From Leucoraja ocellata (lineage: Eukaryota), in the NCBI GenBank assembly GCA_036785375.1, contig JAWMAR010000246.1, forward strand, positions 2,480,001-2,544,000: a stretch of 64,000 bases of DNA, read 5' to 3'. Below the pieces are notes generated by a model. The model ran no database searches and was not told where the DNA came from. It worked only from the letters and a program-made list of their open reading frames with translations. This document shows, piece after piece, positions 34,639 through 48,824 of the stretch (the first letter of the stretch is position 1; each line of letters starts with the position of its first letter). The translations under genes were made by a program, and so were the position numbers.

Positions 34639-35447
34639 GTTTAGTATAGTTTAGAGAAAGAGGCCTTTTGGTCCACTGAGTCTGCACCAGCCAGCGATTT
34701 CTGCGCATTAACAATACCCTGCATATACTAGGGACAATTTACACTTATACCAAGCCAATTAACAAATGTACATCTTTGGAGTGAGGAAACCCAGGCGGTC
34801 ATGGGGAGAACATACAAACTCCATACAGATAGCAACTAAAGTCGGGATCGAACTCGGGGCTCTGGCGCTGTAAGCACTGTAATGGGCCTATCCCACTTAG
34901 GTGATTTTTTCGATGACAGCCAGCGCCTGTCATTGTCGTAGTAAGGCACCTAAAAACTGGCGACTGGACCCCCCTACAACAATGTCGACGTCAAGCTAAC
35001 GACAACTGACGGCCCATTAGGACCACATCTCCGACAACCTGCATCCACCCGTGACAAGCTATGGCATGGTACGGCCCTGTCGGCGACAACTGAAGACAAC
35101 TTAAGACAATTCAGTCGCCGGTACCTGTCACTGGTTGACGTAGGTAGTTGCCAATGGAATTCACCAAAGTCAGCACCGGCGACAACCTACGTCATCCTGG
35201 CGACAACCTACGTCATCCTGGCAACAGCGCCTACCTCAGGCTACGATCGTTGACGTCAAGCCCACGGCCATCGACTGTCGCCGAAAAGTTTTGAACATTT
35301 CAAAATCCAGCAATGACCAGAAAAAAGGTACGACTCTTTGGGAGAAAATACAGGCGACATGTGGCGACATCCTAGTCATCTGTAGTCACCTGAAAAATCG
35401 CCTAAGTGGGACAGGCTCATAAGGCAGCAACTCTAACACTGCGCCAC
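34639..35447 (-). mobile_element. tRNA-derived V-SINE (HE1-like), split by a Harbinger MITE
   Basis: A/B-box-like head (gtggcgcag...gttcgatccc), V-domain (tggagtttgtatgttctcccc) and a CR1-derived tail. Confidence 0.8.
34883..35419. mobile_element. PIF/Harbinger-type MITE inserted in a SINE
   Basis: 27-bp TIRs TGGGCCT(A/G)TCCCACTTAGG(T/C)GATTTTT and TSD TAA (34880-34882, 35420-35422). Internal GACAAC-rich repeats. Confidence 0.87.
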
Positions 35448-35754
35448 TTTCAAGTGTTCGAAAGCTCAGCTTCAGACTGCACCACTTCACCTTTGGGCAT
35501 TAGCAAATGAAGTTGGGCAATCAAAGGGCAACAACAAGGATAATAGCAGCATGGCAGATATGTGATCAAAGATGTGGTTACCTCGTTTCAGGATAGTTTA
35601 CAGAAGTACTGCCATTGCCCCAGAATGGCAATTCATATTACCATATGTTCACACTTCATGAAAACAGGCCATTTGGCCCACCACGTCCATGCTGGACAAT
35701 GGGGATCAATCTCTATTAATCCCATGTTCTGCATTTGACCTGTAACATTAACAT

Positions 35755-37140
35755 TTGATGGGCGTTTGATGACACTGGGCCTGTACTTGCTGGTGTTTAT
35801 GAAGGGAGACCTCAATGAAACTTATCAAATAGTGAAAGGCCTGGATAGAGTGGATGTGGAGAGAAGGTTTTCACTAGTGGGGCAGTCTAGGACCAGAGGC
35901 CATAAGGTCATAATAAAAGGACGCACCTTTAGAAAGGAAATGAGGAGGAATTATTTTACTAGGGTGTTGAATCTCTGGAATTCTTTGCCATAGAAGGCAG
36001 TGGAGGCAAGTCAATGGATATTTTTAAGGTAGACATTGTTAGATTCTTGATAAGTTTAGTTTATTAGTTGATTGTCATGTGTATCAAAGTACAATACAGG
36101 TGTCAGGGCTTATGGGGAGAAGGCAGGAGAAGAAGATTGCGAGGGAAACATAGATAAGCCATGATTGAATAGTGGAGTAGACTTGATGGGTCAAATGGCC
36201 CAATTCTGATCCTACAACATGAACTTATGAACTCTTTTTAGCATGTCTTGGGATCTGTGCTCTGTTACTTTATTTATTATAGTTCTCATTTTAGCTGTGA
36301 TTTGGAAAATGCCATTCAATGAGCTCTGAGCTCTTGCATTAAAATAAACTTAAATTCAATGTAGTCTAAACAGTCGCTGTGAATATTAACACGTAGTTTG
36401 AGAAGTTAGGCACAGAAGATACAATGCAGATTAAGAAATAGTGCAGTTGAAAAAAATGTCATTGCCATACCATGGTTTCAACTTCCAGTTTATTGTTAAA
36501 CTCTCATTGTTAAACCTATCTTGATAATCCCAACCCCTTTGCTCAATACCCCTGCCTCTGAAGGCATGCAAGCTAAACATCTTCCCTATCCTATCCACCT
36601 ATGTTGCCATTTTCTGATTCCTATGAAGTTACATCCCAAATTTCCTCTGTTCATCTAGAGGGCATAGCTATAAAGTGAGAGGGGGAAAGTTTAATGGAGA
36701 CGTGTGGGGCAAGTTTATTTACATAGAGAATAGTGAGGGCCTGGAACGCATTGCCAGGGGTGTGGTGGAGGAAGGTATGATAGTGAAGTTTAAGAGGCAC
36801 ATGAAGCACAGGGAATAGATGGATATGGATCATTAGTTTAGTTTAGTTTCTTGTCATGTGGACTGAGGTAGAGTGAAAAGCTCTTTTTGTTGCCCACTTT
36901 GTCAGCAGAAAGACCATACATGATAATAAACAAGCCACTCACAGTGAACAGATAAGGATAAAGGAAAGATAAACTCCAGTAAATTCTGATCAAAGATAGT
37001 CTGAGGGTCTCCAATGAGGTAGATGGTACGTAAGATCATGTACAGGTAGATGAGATCAGTTTAACTTGGAGTCATGTTCGACACAAACATTGTGGGCTGA
37101 AGGGCCCATTCCTGTGCTATACTGTTCCATGTCCAATGTT
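35755..37140 (+). mobile_element. Cluster of CR1 3' fragments (35755-36230 +, ~36500-36650 -, 36655-37140 +) with a nested Rex1-like end (~36835-37035 -)
   Basis: ORF 35766..35993 and recognisable CR1 C-terminal and 3' UTR sequence. Confidence 0.72.
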
Positions 37141-37189
37141 AAAACAACACTTGTAACTTCCCTGCTGTGTACTGTATATATCTGTATAT

Positions 37190-37472
37190 ACAGCAAGGAA
37201 ACAGGCCTTTTGGCCCATTGAGTCCACACCGACCACCCATCCCTGTGCATTAACACTAACCTTGACTAGGGACAATCTTTACATTTATACCAAACTAATT
37301 AATCGACAAACCTGTACGTCTTTGGAGTGTAGGAGGAAAACTCACACGGGTCACGGGGAGAATGTACAGGCTCCATAGAGACAAGCACCCATAGCCAAGA
37401 TCAAACCCAGTTCCCTGGTACTGTATGCACTTAAATCACAGATGATTTAATTTCATCTGCCACCACTCTGCC
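37190..37472 (-). mobile_element. V-SINE (HE1-like)
   Basis: Same architecture: cctacactccaaagacgtacagg core and CR1-like tail. Confidence 0.78.
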
Positions 37473-37859
37473 AATGTTCCAACTGATCCATATCCCTCTC
37501 TATCCTTAAGGATGTTTTCTTATTAATTAAAATGTTTATTTTTAATTTTCACACCATGAAGATAAACAAAGCACCATAGAACCATTGAATATTGTAGTAA
37601 ATTGGATAATTGAAGATTATTTGCTTATTTAGTGGCAATCACACTTGTCATCGCAATTATTCTAATAGATTGTCAGGGCCCAGAACAAGCAATATTTAAC
37701 AAGTAATCTCTCAGCAACACATAGAATATTGGATTAGGGGATATAATTTGAAGCAATGTTAAAATTAATAAAAAATGGAGGGAATACTTAGAAATATTGG
37801 GGTTGAGATCAATACCAAATCCATGCTGATTTCAACAAATTTCAGATAACTTGAACCAA

Positions 37860-39840
37860 AACTCAGCATTTGACTTCCAGATAAGGACATGGCAAAAAGT
37901 CAATTTCAAATAGAAGAAAATGAGATGTAACAATTCTTATTTGGATGAATCGATGGAAAACCTAATGAGATTAAAAGTTAATGGGATCTATTGACCAGCA
38001 TCCAAGGGTCTTAAAGGAAGTGGCTGCAGAACAGAACCATTGGCTACATGATCAAAACTCATAGTTGGGAAGATACTGCCTGTTTAGGAAATTGCAAACA
38101 TGACCTCTTTATTTAAGAAGGGAGAAAGACAAAAAGCAGAAAACAATAGGCCAGTAAATAATTTCAGCAAGATGCTAGTTGAAATTTAGGAAAATATGGC
38201 AGAGGGGGAATTACCTTTAGTCAACATGCTTCCCAAAGAAGGGAACATCATGTTTGATAAATATTCTGGAGTTATTTGAGGAAAGTCAGGTCTATATGAG
38301 GGAATATATATATATATATGTTACACTTGGATTTTCAGAAGGCATTTAGTAAGGTGCCACATAAAAAACATGGTACACTGGATAAGATTTCATCGATGGG
38401 TAAACATAGATTGAGGGTAGATTATCATACTGAACAAATTGAGTTTTTTCAGACTGGAAACATATGGAGTGCTATGGATCAGGTCTTATCCCTCAATTAG
38501 TTACTTTCCATATGATTTGGAAAGAGGTAGAGTTCACAGTATCCACGTTTATTGATGAGGTGAAAGTAGATTGGGGGGCATGCTACAATGAGACTATTGA
38601 GATTCTGAAACAGAATATAGATAGGTTGAGTGAATGGGCAAAGTCTTTACAAATGGAATTTAATATAGGAAAGCATGAGGTCATACACTTTTGTAGAAGG
38701 AATTAAAAGGGAGATTATCTAAATTAGGAGAGACTACAAATGAGTGGAGTACAGAAGGATCTAGGTGTTCTTATGCATGAAACACTAAATGTTAGCAGAC
38801 AGGTACAGCAAGTAGTTAAGACAAATGGCACATTGGTCTTTATTCATAAAGGGTTGGAGCTTAAGAAGAAAAGTATTGTTACAATTATACAGCATGTTGG
38901 TGCGGCTGCACCTGTTGTACTGAGTATCACGACTTTAAACTTTAGAGATACAGCGCAGAAACAGTCCTTTTAGCCAAACAAGTCTATGCCAACCAGCGAC
39001 CCCCATACACTAACACTATCCTACATACTAGGGACAATGTAGTTTTACCAAATCCTCTGTACGTCTGTACGTCTTTGGAATGTGGGAGGAAACCAGAGCA
39101 CTCAATGAATACCAACACAGTCACTGGGAGAATGCACAAACTCCATACAGTCATCAGTAGTCAGGATGGAAGTCAGGTCTCTGACACTATAAGGCAGCAG
39201 CTCAACCGCTACACCATTGTGTTGCCCCTCTGCCATTGGGCCACCACTATTGTTCCACAATATTAAGAAAGAATATACTCGCATTGGAAGCAGTCCAGAA
39301 GAGAGTCAGCAGACTCATTTCTGGGAAGAGCCGATGTCCTATGAGGAGTGGCTAAAAAAGTTACATCTACATTCTTTGGAACTGAGAGAATTAAGGGTGA
39401 TCCCATTGAACCACATAAAAGTCACAGGGGCATGATAAGATAGATATTGATATTTTTCCAAACAGGGACATAATTATAAAATAAGAAGGATGTCATTGTA
39501 AACTGAGGTGCAAAGGAGTGATTTTTTTACAGGGTGATGAATCTCTGTAATACTCTGTAACAGAGTGTTCTGAAGGTTGAATCATTGAAGGTATTTAAAG
39601 AGGAGGTAGATAAGTCTTTGCTAGATCAGCTTATTGAGGGCTGTGGAACTGGCAAGGAAACAGATCCACTGAGATACTCTAGCTTTTTGTGTCTATCTTT
39701 GGTTTAAACCAGCATCTGCAGTTCCTTCTTAAACAGAGTTGAGGATCAGGGCAGATCAGCCACAATCAGATTGAATCATGGGCCTGTCTTGGGGCTAGGT
39801 ACTGTAGCCTTCTCCTAATTCTACTGTCTTGCATTCTTAA
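37860..39840 (+). mobile_element. Old degraded CR1 ORF2
   Basis: ORFs 38318.. (LDFQKAFSKVPH), 38464.., 38740.. (QKDLGVLMH). Confidence 0.8.
38935..39232 (-). mobile_element. V-SINE (HE1-like) nested in old CR1
   Basis: Head ggtgtagcggttgagctgctgccttatag and V core ggtttcctcccacattccaaagac. Confidence 0.82.
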
Positions 39841-40283
39841 TTTCACCCTAAAACTCTTATCTTCTTGAAACTATCTCAACTTTTAATTCAGAATATTATA
39901 CACGCAACTTACGTCCCCAAGTATTAACTGAAATGCCAGTCAATCCAATTTTATCTGGTTTATTTGAACAAAATATTTAGCAATATCTTAGATACACAGT
40001 ATGTACAGCTTATATTGGGAAAATATTATGGTAGGAATTTACCTTTGGTTGAAAGTGTTAAATGGGTGTGAGAAAACCAAACACCAGGTATCATCACATC
40101 CTAGTATTTGGTTCCATCACAGTCAATGGGACTAATATGTCATGAAAGAGGTACAATTAACAGTGAAAACTTTTGGACTCATTTAACACGAGTGAACAAG
40201 GTCAGATTTTTACCCCTTATATTTAAAAAAATTCTCAAACACATTATATAAATCTTAATATAGAAAGCACAAAAAAAGAAGGG

Positions 40284-40289
40284 TTTATT
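40284..40289 (-). terminator. Candidate polyadenylation signal AATAAA of npr2 (second candidate at 39959-39964)
   Basis: tttatt on + strand ~220 nt downstream of the stop, in AT-rich non-repeat sequence. No transcript evidence. Confidence 0.4.
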
Positions 40290-40510
40290 GAAAAGCTAAG
40301 AAGAAAAATGTTCTTAATAAAAATTACTTATTTTGCAGCTTTGTTCAGGTATGAATCATACCCAGGATAATTCTAGGCTACTGATATCTTCTAAGATCTT
40401 CCAGAAATTAACATAGCCAAAATTTGTTTATGTAACAAATAAACTACAGCTTGAACAATCACTGTTCTGCAGTATAATAGTGTACAAGCGATTTCACATC
40501 GAACATCATG

Positions 40511-40573
40511 TTAGATATCGGAAATATCCTTCTGTTCACCAAGCAGCCAGTAGGTCCTCAATTTGCCTTTACC
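40511..40573 (-). CDS. npr2: npr2 terminal coding exon with stop codon
   Basis: GKGKLRTYWLLGEQKDISDI* after acceptor tctttgacag. TAA at 40513-40511. Confidence 0.93.
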   Translation of the reverse strand, partial: GKGKLRTYWLLGEQKDISDI

Positions 40574-41024
40574 CTGTCAAAGACAAAGCAAATGTTACAC
40601 ATGCTGGCTAAAATCATCAATAATCCTTTAAATATTTGCCAATCTTTATAATGATTATGAAAATGATTTTCTAAGGTGCATTATGGATTAAGGCACTAAA
40701 TCAGACACACATGTTTTAGATTTGATCTTTTGCTTCAATTTGCAGGAATGTTCTCTGGGTGTGATTTCTCTTACTCTTTCACAATATGTAGATATCAGTG
40801 GCAATATCAGCAATTATTACTCATTTGTAACTAATCTAATTAATTCATGGACAATTAAAGGTTCGACTCTTTGGAGACTGGATGCCCAAACATGCTACAT
40901 TAAGTAAAAAATATATTTTCTCCTGATGGATTTTTGAAAAACAAATGACATTTTACACCAATCCCTGGAATTTTGTGGTTAACAATTCTGAAACTAATTA
41001 GTTTCAGCCTAATTAGTGAACTGG

Positions 41025-43062
41025 GACATTTTGTTTTATGGGAAAGATGTAGAAGAGAAATGGAGGACATTTAAAGGGGAAATTTTAAGAGTACAGAATC
41101 TTTATGTTCCTGTTCGGTTGAAACAGTAAAAATTGGAAAGAGCCCTGGTTTTCAAGGGAAATTGGACATCTTGTTCGGAAAAGGAGGGAGATGTACAATA
41201 ATTATAGGCAGCATGAAGTAAATGAGGTGCTTGAGGAGTATAAGGAATGTAAAAAGAATCTTAAGAAAGAAATTAGAAAAGCTAAAAGAAGATATGAGGT
41301 TGCTTTGGCAAGTAAGGTGAAAGTAAATCCAAAGGGTTTCTACAGCTACATTAATAGCAAAAGGATAACGAGGGATATGTGAGGCAAGGGAAACTAGTAG
41401 AGAAGCAAGGGAAACTAGTAGAGTAGCTATGGATACCATGAGGTTCAAAGTAAAAGAAGTACTGACACTTTTGAAAAATATAAAAAGTGGATAAGTCTCC
41501 AGCTCCTGACAGGATATTTCCTAGGACATTGAGGGAAGTTAGTGTAGAAATAGCTGGGGCTATGACAGAAATATTTCAAATGTCATTAGAAACGGGAATA
41601 GTTCCCGAGGATTGGCGTACTGCGCATGTTGTTCCATTTTTAAAAAGGGTTCTAAGAGTAAACCTAGCAATTATAGTCCTGTTAGTTTGACTTCAGTGGT
41701 GGGCAAATTAATGGAAAAGATACTTAGAGATAATATATATAAGCATCTGGATAAACAGGGTCTGATTAGGAGCAGTCAACATGGATTTGTGCCTGGAAGG
41801 TCATGTTTGACTAATCTTCTTGAATTTTTTGAAGAGGTTACTGGGGAAACTGACGAGGGTAAAGCAGTGGATGTTGTCTATATGGACTTTAGTAATGCCT
41901 TTGACAAGGTTCCTCATGGAAGGTTGGTTAAGAAGGTTCAACTGTTGGGTATAAATGCAGGAATAGCAAGATGGATTCAACAGTGGCTGAATGGGAGAAG
42001 CCAGAGGGTAATGGTGGATGGCTGTTTATCGGGTTGGAGGCAGGTGACTAGTGGGGTGCCTCAGGGATCTGTGTTGGGTCCTTTGTTGTTTGTCAGGTAC
42101 ATCAATGATCTGGATGAAGGTGTGGTAAATTGGATTAGTAAGTATGCAGATGATACCAAGATAGTGTGGATAATGAAGAGGATTTCCAAAGTCTACAGAG
42201 TGATTTAGGCCATTTGGAAAAATGGGCTGAAAGATGGCAGATGGAGTTTAATGCTGATAAATGTGAGGTGCTACACCTTGGCAGGACAAATCAAAATAGG
42301 ACGTACATGGTAAATGGTAGGGAATTGAAGAATACAGTTGAACAGAGGGATCTGGGAATAACCGTGCATAGTTCCTTGAAGGTGGAATCTCATATAGATA
42401 GGGTGGTAAAGAAAGCTTTTGGTATGCTAGCCTTTATAAATCAGAGCATTGAGTATAGAAGCTGGGATGTAATGTTAAAATTGTACAAGGCATTGGTGAG
42501 ACCAAATCTGGAGTATGGTGTACAATTTTGGTCGCCCAATTATAGGAAGGATGTCAACAAAATAGAGAGAGTACAGAGGAGATTTACTAGAATGTTGCCT
42601 GGGTTTCAACAACTAAGTTACAGAGATAGGTTGAATAAGTTAAGTCTTTATTCTCTGGAGCGCAGAAGGTTAAGGGGGGACTTGATAGAGGTCTTTAAAA
42701 TGATGAGAGGGATAGACAGAGTTGATGTGGACAAGCTTTTCCCTTTGAGAATAGGGAAGATTCAAACAAGAGGACATGACTTCAGAATTAAGGGACAGAA
42801 GTTTAGGGGTAACATGAGGGGGAACTTCTTTACTCAGAGAGTGGTAGCGGTGTGGAATGAGCTTCCAGCGGAAGTGGTGGAGGCAGGTTCGTTGGTATCA
42901 TTTAAAAATAAATTGGATAGGCATATGGATGAGAAGGGAATGGAGGGTTATGGTATGAGTGCAGGCAGGTGGGACTAAGGGAAAAAAAAGTTGTTCGGCA
43001 CGGACTTGTAGGGCCGAGATGGCCTGTTTCTGTGCTGTAATTGTTATATGGTTATATGGTTA
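41025..43062 (+). mobile_element. CR1 LINE ORF2 fragment, antisense within the last npr2 intron
   Basis: ORFs 41191.., 41487.., 41612..42208 ([12 protein letters not shown]), 42166..42978. Tail (GTTATATG)n. Confidence 0.93.
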
Positions 43063-45209
43063 TAATTAACTGTGCCCCCCCCCCCCCCCCTTAATCTGCA
43101 TCTCCCTATTATTTGCCATGGATTGTACTGTTTCTAATAATCTTCTTCTCCTCCACTACAATCAGCCTGAAGAAGGGTCTCAACCCGAAACGTAAGCTTT
43201 CCATTTTCTCCAGAGACGCTGTCTGAACTGCTGCATTACTCCAGAACGTTGTGTCCTTCACTGGGATGCATTTATCTGCAGATTTATATTGATGCCAGAG
43301 TGAAGGGAGAAAATGGAAAGTACTGGACTCCAAGAAAGGATTGGGATTAAATAGTTGCTCTTGCAGAGAACTGGCACCCACTTGATCAGCCAAATGGCAT
43401 TTTCCATGAATCTGATTCCAGCTACTGTACATCTATTGCTGTTGAATAGCCACATTGTTGAAATTATATGGTGCTTTGGGATGGCAAAGGGGCAAATGTT
43501 TTGTTCCTTTAAATTAATGAGCTGTAGCTATAACTGGAATGTAAAATGGTTCAATGAGAACACTTGTGAGATTTCCTTATTTTGTTTCATTATAGTAATG
43601 CTTATTTTGGGCTACTATTTTTGGCATTTTGCCTTTGGTGCCTTATTTGAAAACATTTGACTATCACGAATAGGGAAATGTCTGAACCTGAACTATTCCA
43701 CATTTATATAATGTATTTCAAAAAGGATAAACAGGGAAAAACATAATTGGCTGCATCAATTTTGAGTTTGGTGTTTATATGAAAAGGCAAAATGGAAAAT
43801 GGGAACAGAATCAATTCTTTATTACACCAGTGAACTGAAGGATCCCTTAGGATCTTAGAGGTTCATATCACAAACACGCACATGATGCCCTTCAAGCAAA
43901 ATGGCTAAATAGTCAATTTCTCGGGAGTGGAATTAATTATTTTTTAAAATCTGGCAATTATATGATTTTTTTGTTTAGTTGAGTTTTCCTAATGATTTGA
44001 ATGTAAACATGATTGCTTCAGATTGAAGGCATTTGGCTGAATTTCCTATGCAGTCAACTAAATTGATCACTCAACAAGCATTGCTCAATTGGACTGCAGC
44101 CCATGTGCCAAAATAGTACTGACATTAATAGATTTTAAATTTGTGCTATTACAATTTGAAGGAACATGTTTTTTTCTCTCCCTCAGAATCCCAGCTCCTA
44201 TAATTTTGACTTTCCTCAGACATAATCCAGCCCACAATTTTCATGTCGCTGGTAGTGCTTCAGTCATTGCCACAGAAGACGCTGAATTAAATTGTGATTC
44301 ACGTTCAATTTGCTTTCCTTTTGTCAGTTCTTTAAGAGTGAACCATTTATGTGCAGATTCGAGTTGAAGCAACTCTACCCTGTGTAGAGTTGTGAGTGAA
44401 TTTAATTTCTTTACAAAGGAAAATTTAGAACTGGCAAGATCATAGAACTTTAAAATGTGAGAGGCATTGAAGACTAAATTTGAACAAACTATTTAGTGAA
44501 ACTGAGCACAGAATTTAAAATAAGATATACAGTCTTGAAATTTGAAAAGCGAATGGAATAAAACTGAAGTAGCTATGATGAGCAGATTCTGTGACAAAAA
44601 AGGTGTATGTACCTTTACAAAAACTAAGCTGGAGATGGTCCCCCATGAATTCTCTGTTTAAGAAATGATTGACCGAACTATGAAGGTCATATCAGCTTCG
44701 GTTGACTAATTCGATTTCAGAATGGTGTTAGAATTGATACAGTTGGTCTCAAGAGGACCAGACAAGGGGAAATGGACCAGTATTTTGATTTCTGAACATT
44801 ATTCATCTATTATCGAGCATAATTCAACATTATTGACCTGCATCAGAATTGTATGAGTGGGTCTCTAAAGGGAGAAAGTCTAGATGATTGGCATATTTTT
44901 CCAAAGGACATGCTGCAGTACTGTATGTAAACTTGTATAACTATCACAGTTCAATAAAAAATATTATTAGCTATTATTTCATTTCCATGCCTTGGTGCCT
45001 AAACAAATATTGTACCCTCGGTTAAAATAATGGTCAGAACCATTCTTCTTATTTTTTTTCTTAGAGCAATGACTGACTCATTGTCAAGTAGTTCTTGCAC
45101 AATTACATGCTTAAATATATGTATATGCATATATATTTGTATTAGAGTATTTGAGAGCAATCTAACTAGGTGGTTTTTGGGTATCATTCACCTGATCTGA
45201 ATTGGCAAA

Positions 45210-45500
45210 CTTACCAAATTCAAGAGTTCTCCCGAGTTTCCGCTGATTCGAACTCGGAGAATTACGGTAATAGCCGCTCGTAGGTACTCGGGGCTCTCGT
45301 GGACATCTTTCAACATGTTGAAAAAACTTCACGAGCTTACCGCATTTTACGAGTACCTGCCGTTAGCGTTACGAGCTGCTAAGAGACGTCCCGAGCTCCG
45401 ACGTACCCGCTACGTACATTCTACGTTCTTACCACGAGTTTGATTTTTTTTTTAAACTCGGGAGAGCTCTTGGGTGAACTCGTATAGTGGGACAGGCCCT
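45210..45500. mobile_element. One-ended Harbinger-type MITE remnant
   Basis: Right end AGTGGGACAGGCCCT followed by TTA, matching the TIR core of the two other MITEs. Internal inverted repeat gagttctcccgagttt / aaactcgggagagctc. Left TIR missing. Confidence 0.7.
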
Positions 45501-46649
45501 TTACTGTCTTTGTCACAAACACAACTGGAAAAATCTTGGGAGCAAATTGTAGTTTAACTGGCTATTGTGTAGTCAACGGAGTGACCAAATGTAGAAATCA
45601 CCTGATCACCACAAGCCAGAGGAGTGAAGCATTGACATGATTCATCCTATTTCTGTCATTTTTGCCAAGCTGCCAATGAACACACATGCTGGAAGGCAAC
45701 TGGCCAATTGGAAATGCAGTTGGACGTTTACCAGTTCTTCTACATGCAAAGAGGAGGTGGTGAAGGCTTAATTGAGCAATCAGCATCAGCAGAAACAATT
45801 TGTTTCAGGGGGCCAGGAGGAGGATTTTGCCATAAAAATATTAGCATCACTGTTTTCATATGCAATATTACAATGCCTGGCAATGGTTACTTTGAGAATA
45901 ACTGGTTTGGCTGCACTATGAGCAATAACATTATTAATGACTAGTACATGCTTAAGAAAGGTTTAGAGAGATATGGACCAAACGTGGGCTGGTGGAACTA
46001 GTGTAGATGGGACACCTTGGTCGGCATGGAAATGCTGGGCCAAAAGGTCGGTTCCTAAGCTGAATGACGTTATGACTATAATTAAGGGTTTCTAATATTG
46101 AACTTTGCAAAATTTATCACAATGTGTATCCCTGACAAGCAAATATAAGTGCAAGTTAAGCAAGATTCAAGAGCATTAGTCAACAGACTTTCCACCAAAT
46201 CTATTTCAACAGAATGTTGATTGTCTATTTTCCAGCACACTCCAAACTTAGTGAAATAGAAAAAAAAACGGAATGATAATTAGGGTGTTTGCTGTGAAAA
46301 CCCATCTTGGTTTCTATTTTAATCACCTTTTAGCCTGAAGATGACAACTGGTGCGAGATTACAGATCTACGCATGAGAATAGGATTTCAGTTGATCATAA
46401 AAATGGCCTTGCATGCAAATATGCAAGGCCACAGAGTGAGAATTAGGTAGCTACTCTCCATCATTTGTTTACTGGAACAGTGAGAAAATAATCAGACAAC
46501 TGTTTAAATTAGTTTTGCGTTTATTTTGGAATGTTGAGATTACTGTTGAATGCCTGGATTCTTCATTGAAGAAGCATACCAGAGAGTTTGATTGAATTGT
46601 TTGAAAGATACAGTATCTACCAACTTTGCCCACCAAATCCTTGACAAAC

Positions 46650-46918
46650 ATCGATCCTATATCACACTAGTTATGTGTTATCCCACTTTTGCACCCACTC
46701 CCTATATACTAGATGCAATTTACAGAACCAACTAACCTATAAACATATAAACCCATACATCTTTGGGATGTGAGAGGAAACCCGAGGGCCTGAAAGAAAC
46801 CCACGCCATCTCAGGAGAACATGCAAACTCCACAAAAAATAACACCCTTGGTCAAGATTTAATCTAGGTACCTGGTGCTGCAATGTAACGACTCTACCAT
46901 TTTGCCATTGCACTGCCC
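46650..46918 (-). mobile_element. V-SINE (HE1-like), npr2 intron
   Basis: tggagtttgcatgttctcc...ggtttcctctcacatcccaaagat core. Confidence 0.78.
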
Positions 46919-47266
46919 TGGAACAAATGCAACTTCTTATTATGATATTGATCTCTGATGCTTGGATAACAAATCAAAGGATCCGGTAATTTATGGATAA
47001 CATAAGCAAAATTTTCATTCATTATATAAATTGAATAGAAATGATGGGCACGCAATTTATTCCAATGATTTACTGCCCATGTGGGAAAGGGAAAACTCCC
47101 ACCAATGAAACTTAAAAAGAATACGGAGGGATTTTTCTTCCATTATTAAAATCTTTTCTATTATTTTTTGTGAAAGCTCTCAAGTTACCCATTTTTTTGT
47201 TTACAGGGCAAACATTAATTTTAATGCTAAAATGGAAATATTTATTAATGGTGTTTCAAAAATATT

Positions 47267-47466
47267 NNNNNNNNNNNNNNNNNNNNNNNNNNNNNNNNNN
47301 NNNNNNNNNNNNNNNNNNNNNNNNNNNNNNNNNNNNNNNNNNNNNNNNNNNNNNNNNNNNNNNNNNNNNNNNNNNNNNNNNNNNNNNNNNNNNNNNNNNN
47401 NNNNNNNNNNNNNNNNNNNNNNNNNNNNNNNNNNNNNNNNNNNNNNNNNNNNNNNNNNNNNNNNNN
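47267..47466. other. Assembly gap (200 N) inside npr2
   Basis: N run. Confidence 0.98.
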
Positions 47467-47824
47467 TGTTTTCTGTTGTTGGATGTGCCTGGACATTGAA
47501 ATTAATCTCTATTCAACGTATCAAACCATGGTTGTATTCAGCTTCAATGCCAAATGTTATGTAATTAGCAAAGAGTACACACAGAAATAAATGCCCTGAG
47601 ATCCATGAACAACTAATTAATGAACATTTGAAAGGCTAATTGCTGACGGTTTATGTCAAGCACATTCTCTGGACCAGAGTAGTGTTTAAGATTCTGCAAA
47701 GAGTCCTGAAGCCTGCAAATTAAATGCATTGAAAGGTAAAAACTATATTTCTCTTCCATAGGCTCTGGCCTAATATTATGTGGAAAAATAGGCACACATA
47801 GAAAAACAATGTCGCTTTTGTGGA

Positions 47825-48600
47825 TAAACACAAAAAGCTGGAGTAACTCAGGAGAGAATGAATGAGTGACATTTCGGGTTGAGACCCTTCTTCAGACTAG
47901 TTAAGGGCCTGTCCGACTGCGGGGACCTAATTTGCAAGTTTAGACGAGTTTACGCTCGACTCAAACTCGCAGCATGATCGACACATGGTCTTATGAGGTC
48001 TATATAACTCTGCTTCATGCTCGAGAGAAGTTTCCGCATACTCGCGGCCTCAGTTTGGTCAAGGATTTTTTTTAGAATGCTGAAAATTGTCCGCGACTAA
48101 AAATTGGTTGTTATGGAAAAAAATCTATATTTTTTTACTCGTAGGTTTAGTCGAGGTAGGTCTTAGTGGGTCGGCATGTTATTCGTAGGCAATCGAAGGT
48201 AGTGGAAGGTAGTTGAAGGTAGTCATCTTCACTCTCCACTATTCAGTGTCCAATTTTCCAGAGAGTATCGGCGAGTAAATTGTAGATAGTCGAAGCTAGT
48301 CTTCAACAAAGTTGGAGATCAAAGGAGGTCTTCTACATATTCGTAGGAGGTTCTCTACTAGTCGAAGGAGGTGTTCTACTTCAGCTAAACACCTAGACCA
48401 TGACTTCCTCTTTGACTCTCCTAAACTCTTCTAAACTCGCAAATTAGGTCCACGCAGTGGGACAGGTCCTTTAGGATAAGGGAAACCAGAGATATAGAAG
48501 GTGATGTAGAGAGATAAAGAGCAATGAATGAAAGATATGCAAAAGAATAACGACAATAAAGGAAACAGGCCATTAGCTGGACTAACAGCGGGACCGGTAG
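47825..48600 (-). mobile_element. Penelope-like 3' end interrupted by a Harbinger MITE
   Basis: Hammerhead motif reverse-complemented at ~47868-47897. The 3' UTR-like sequence resumes at 48474. Confidence 0.7.
47904..48470. mobile_element. PIF/Harbinger-type non-autonomous DNA transposon
   Basis: ~40-bp TIRs (AGGGCCTGTCC(G/C)ACTGCG.GGACCTAATTTGC.AGTTTAGA) and 3-bp TSD TTA (47901-47903, 48471-48473). Confidence 0.85.
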
Positions 48601-48824
48601 CTTTTGTGGGTTGGGATGATGGGAGGGATTTAGATAGAAGAGGGGTCAAGGAAATGGACAAGATTACAATGACTGGGCAATCAAATTGGTGGATGTAATG
48701 ATAGATTAGAAGAGGTTATGGTATAGACAAACATTTGTAGATTCACTTTATTTGTTCATCCCTTTGGTTAACTATCAACACCAGATTTAAAATTAATAAC
48801 TGATTTTGATGAACAATTGCACTC

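Noticed and set aside
44580-46400. AAG|GT donor-like sites (~44612 and ~46326) as the missing npr2 exon
   Set aside because: The upstream translations do not resemble ALKIHVS...DVEMK, and one has an in-frame stop.
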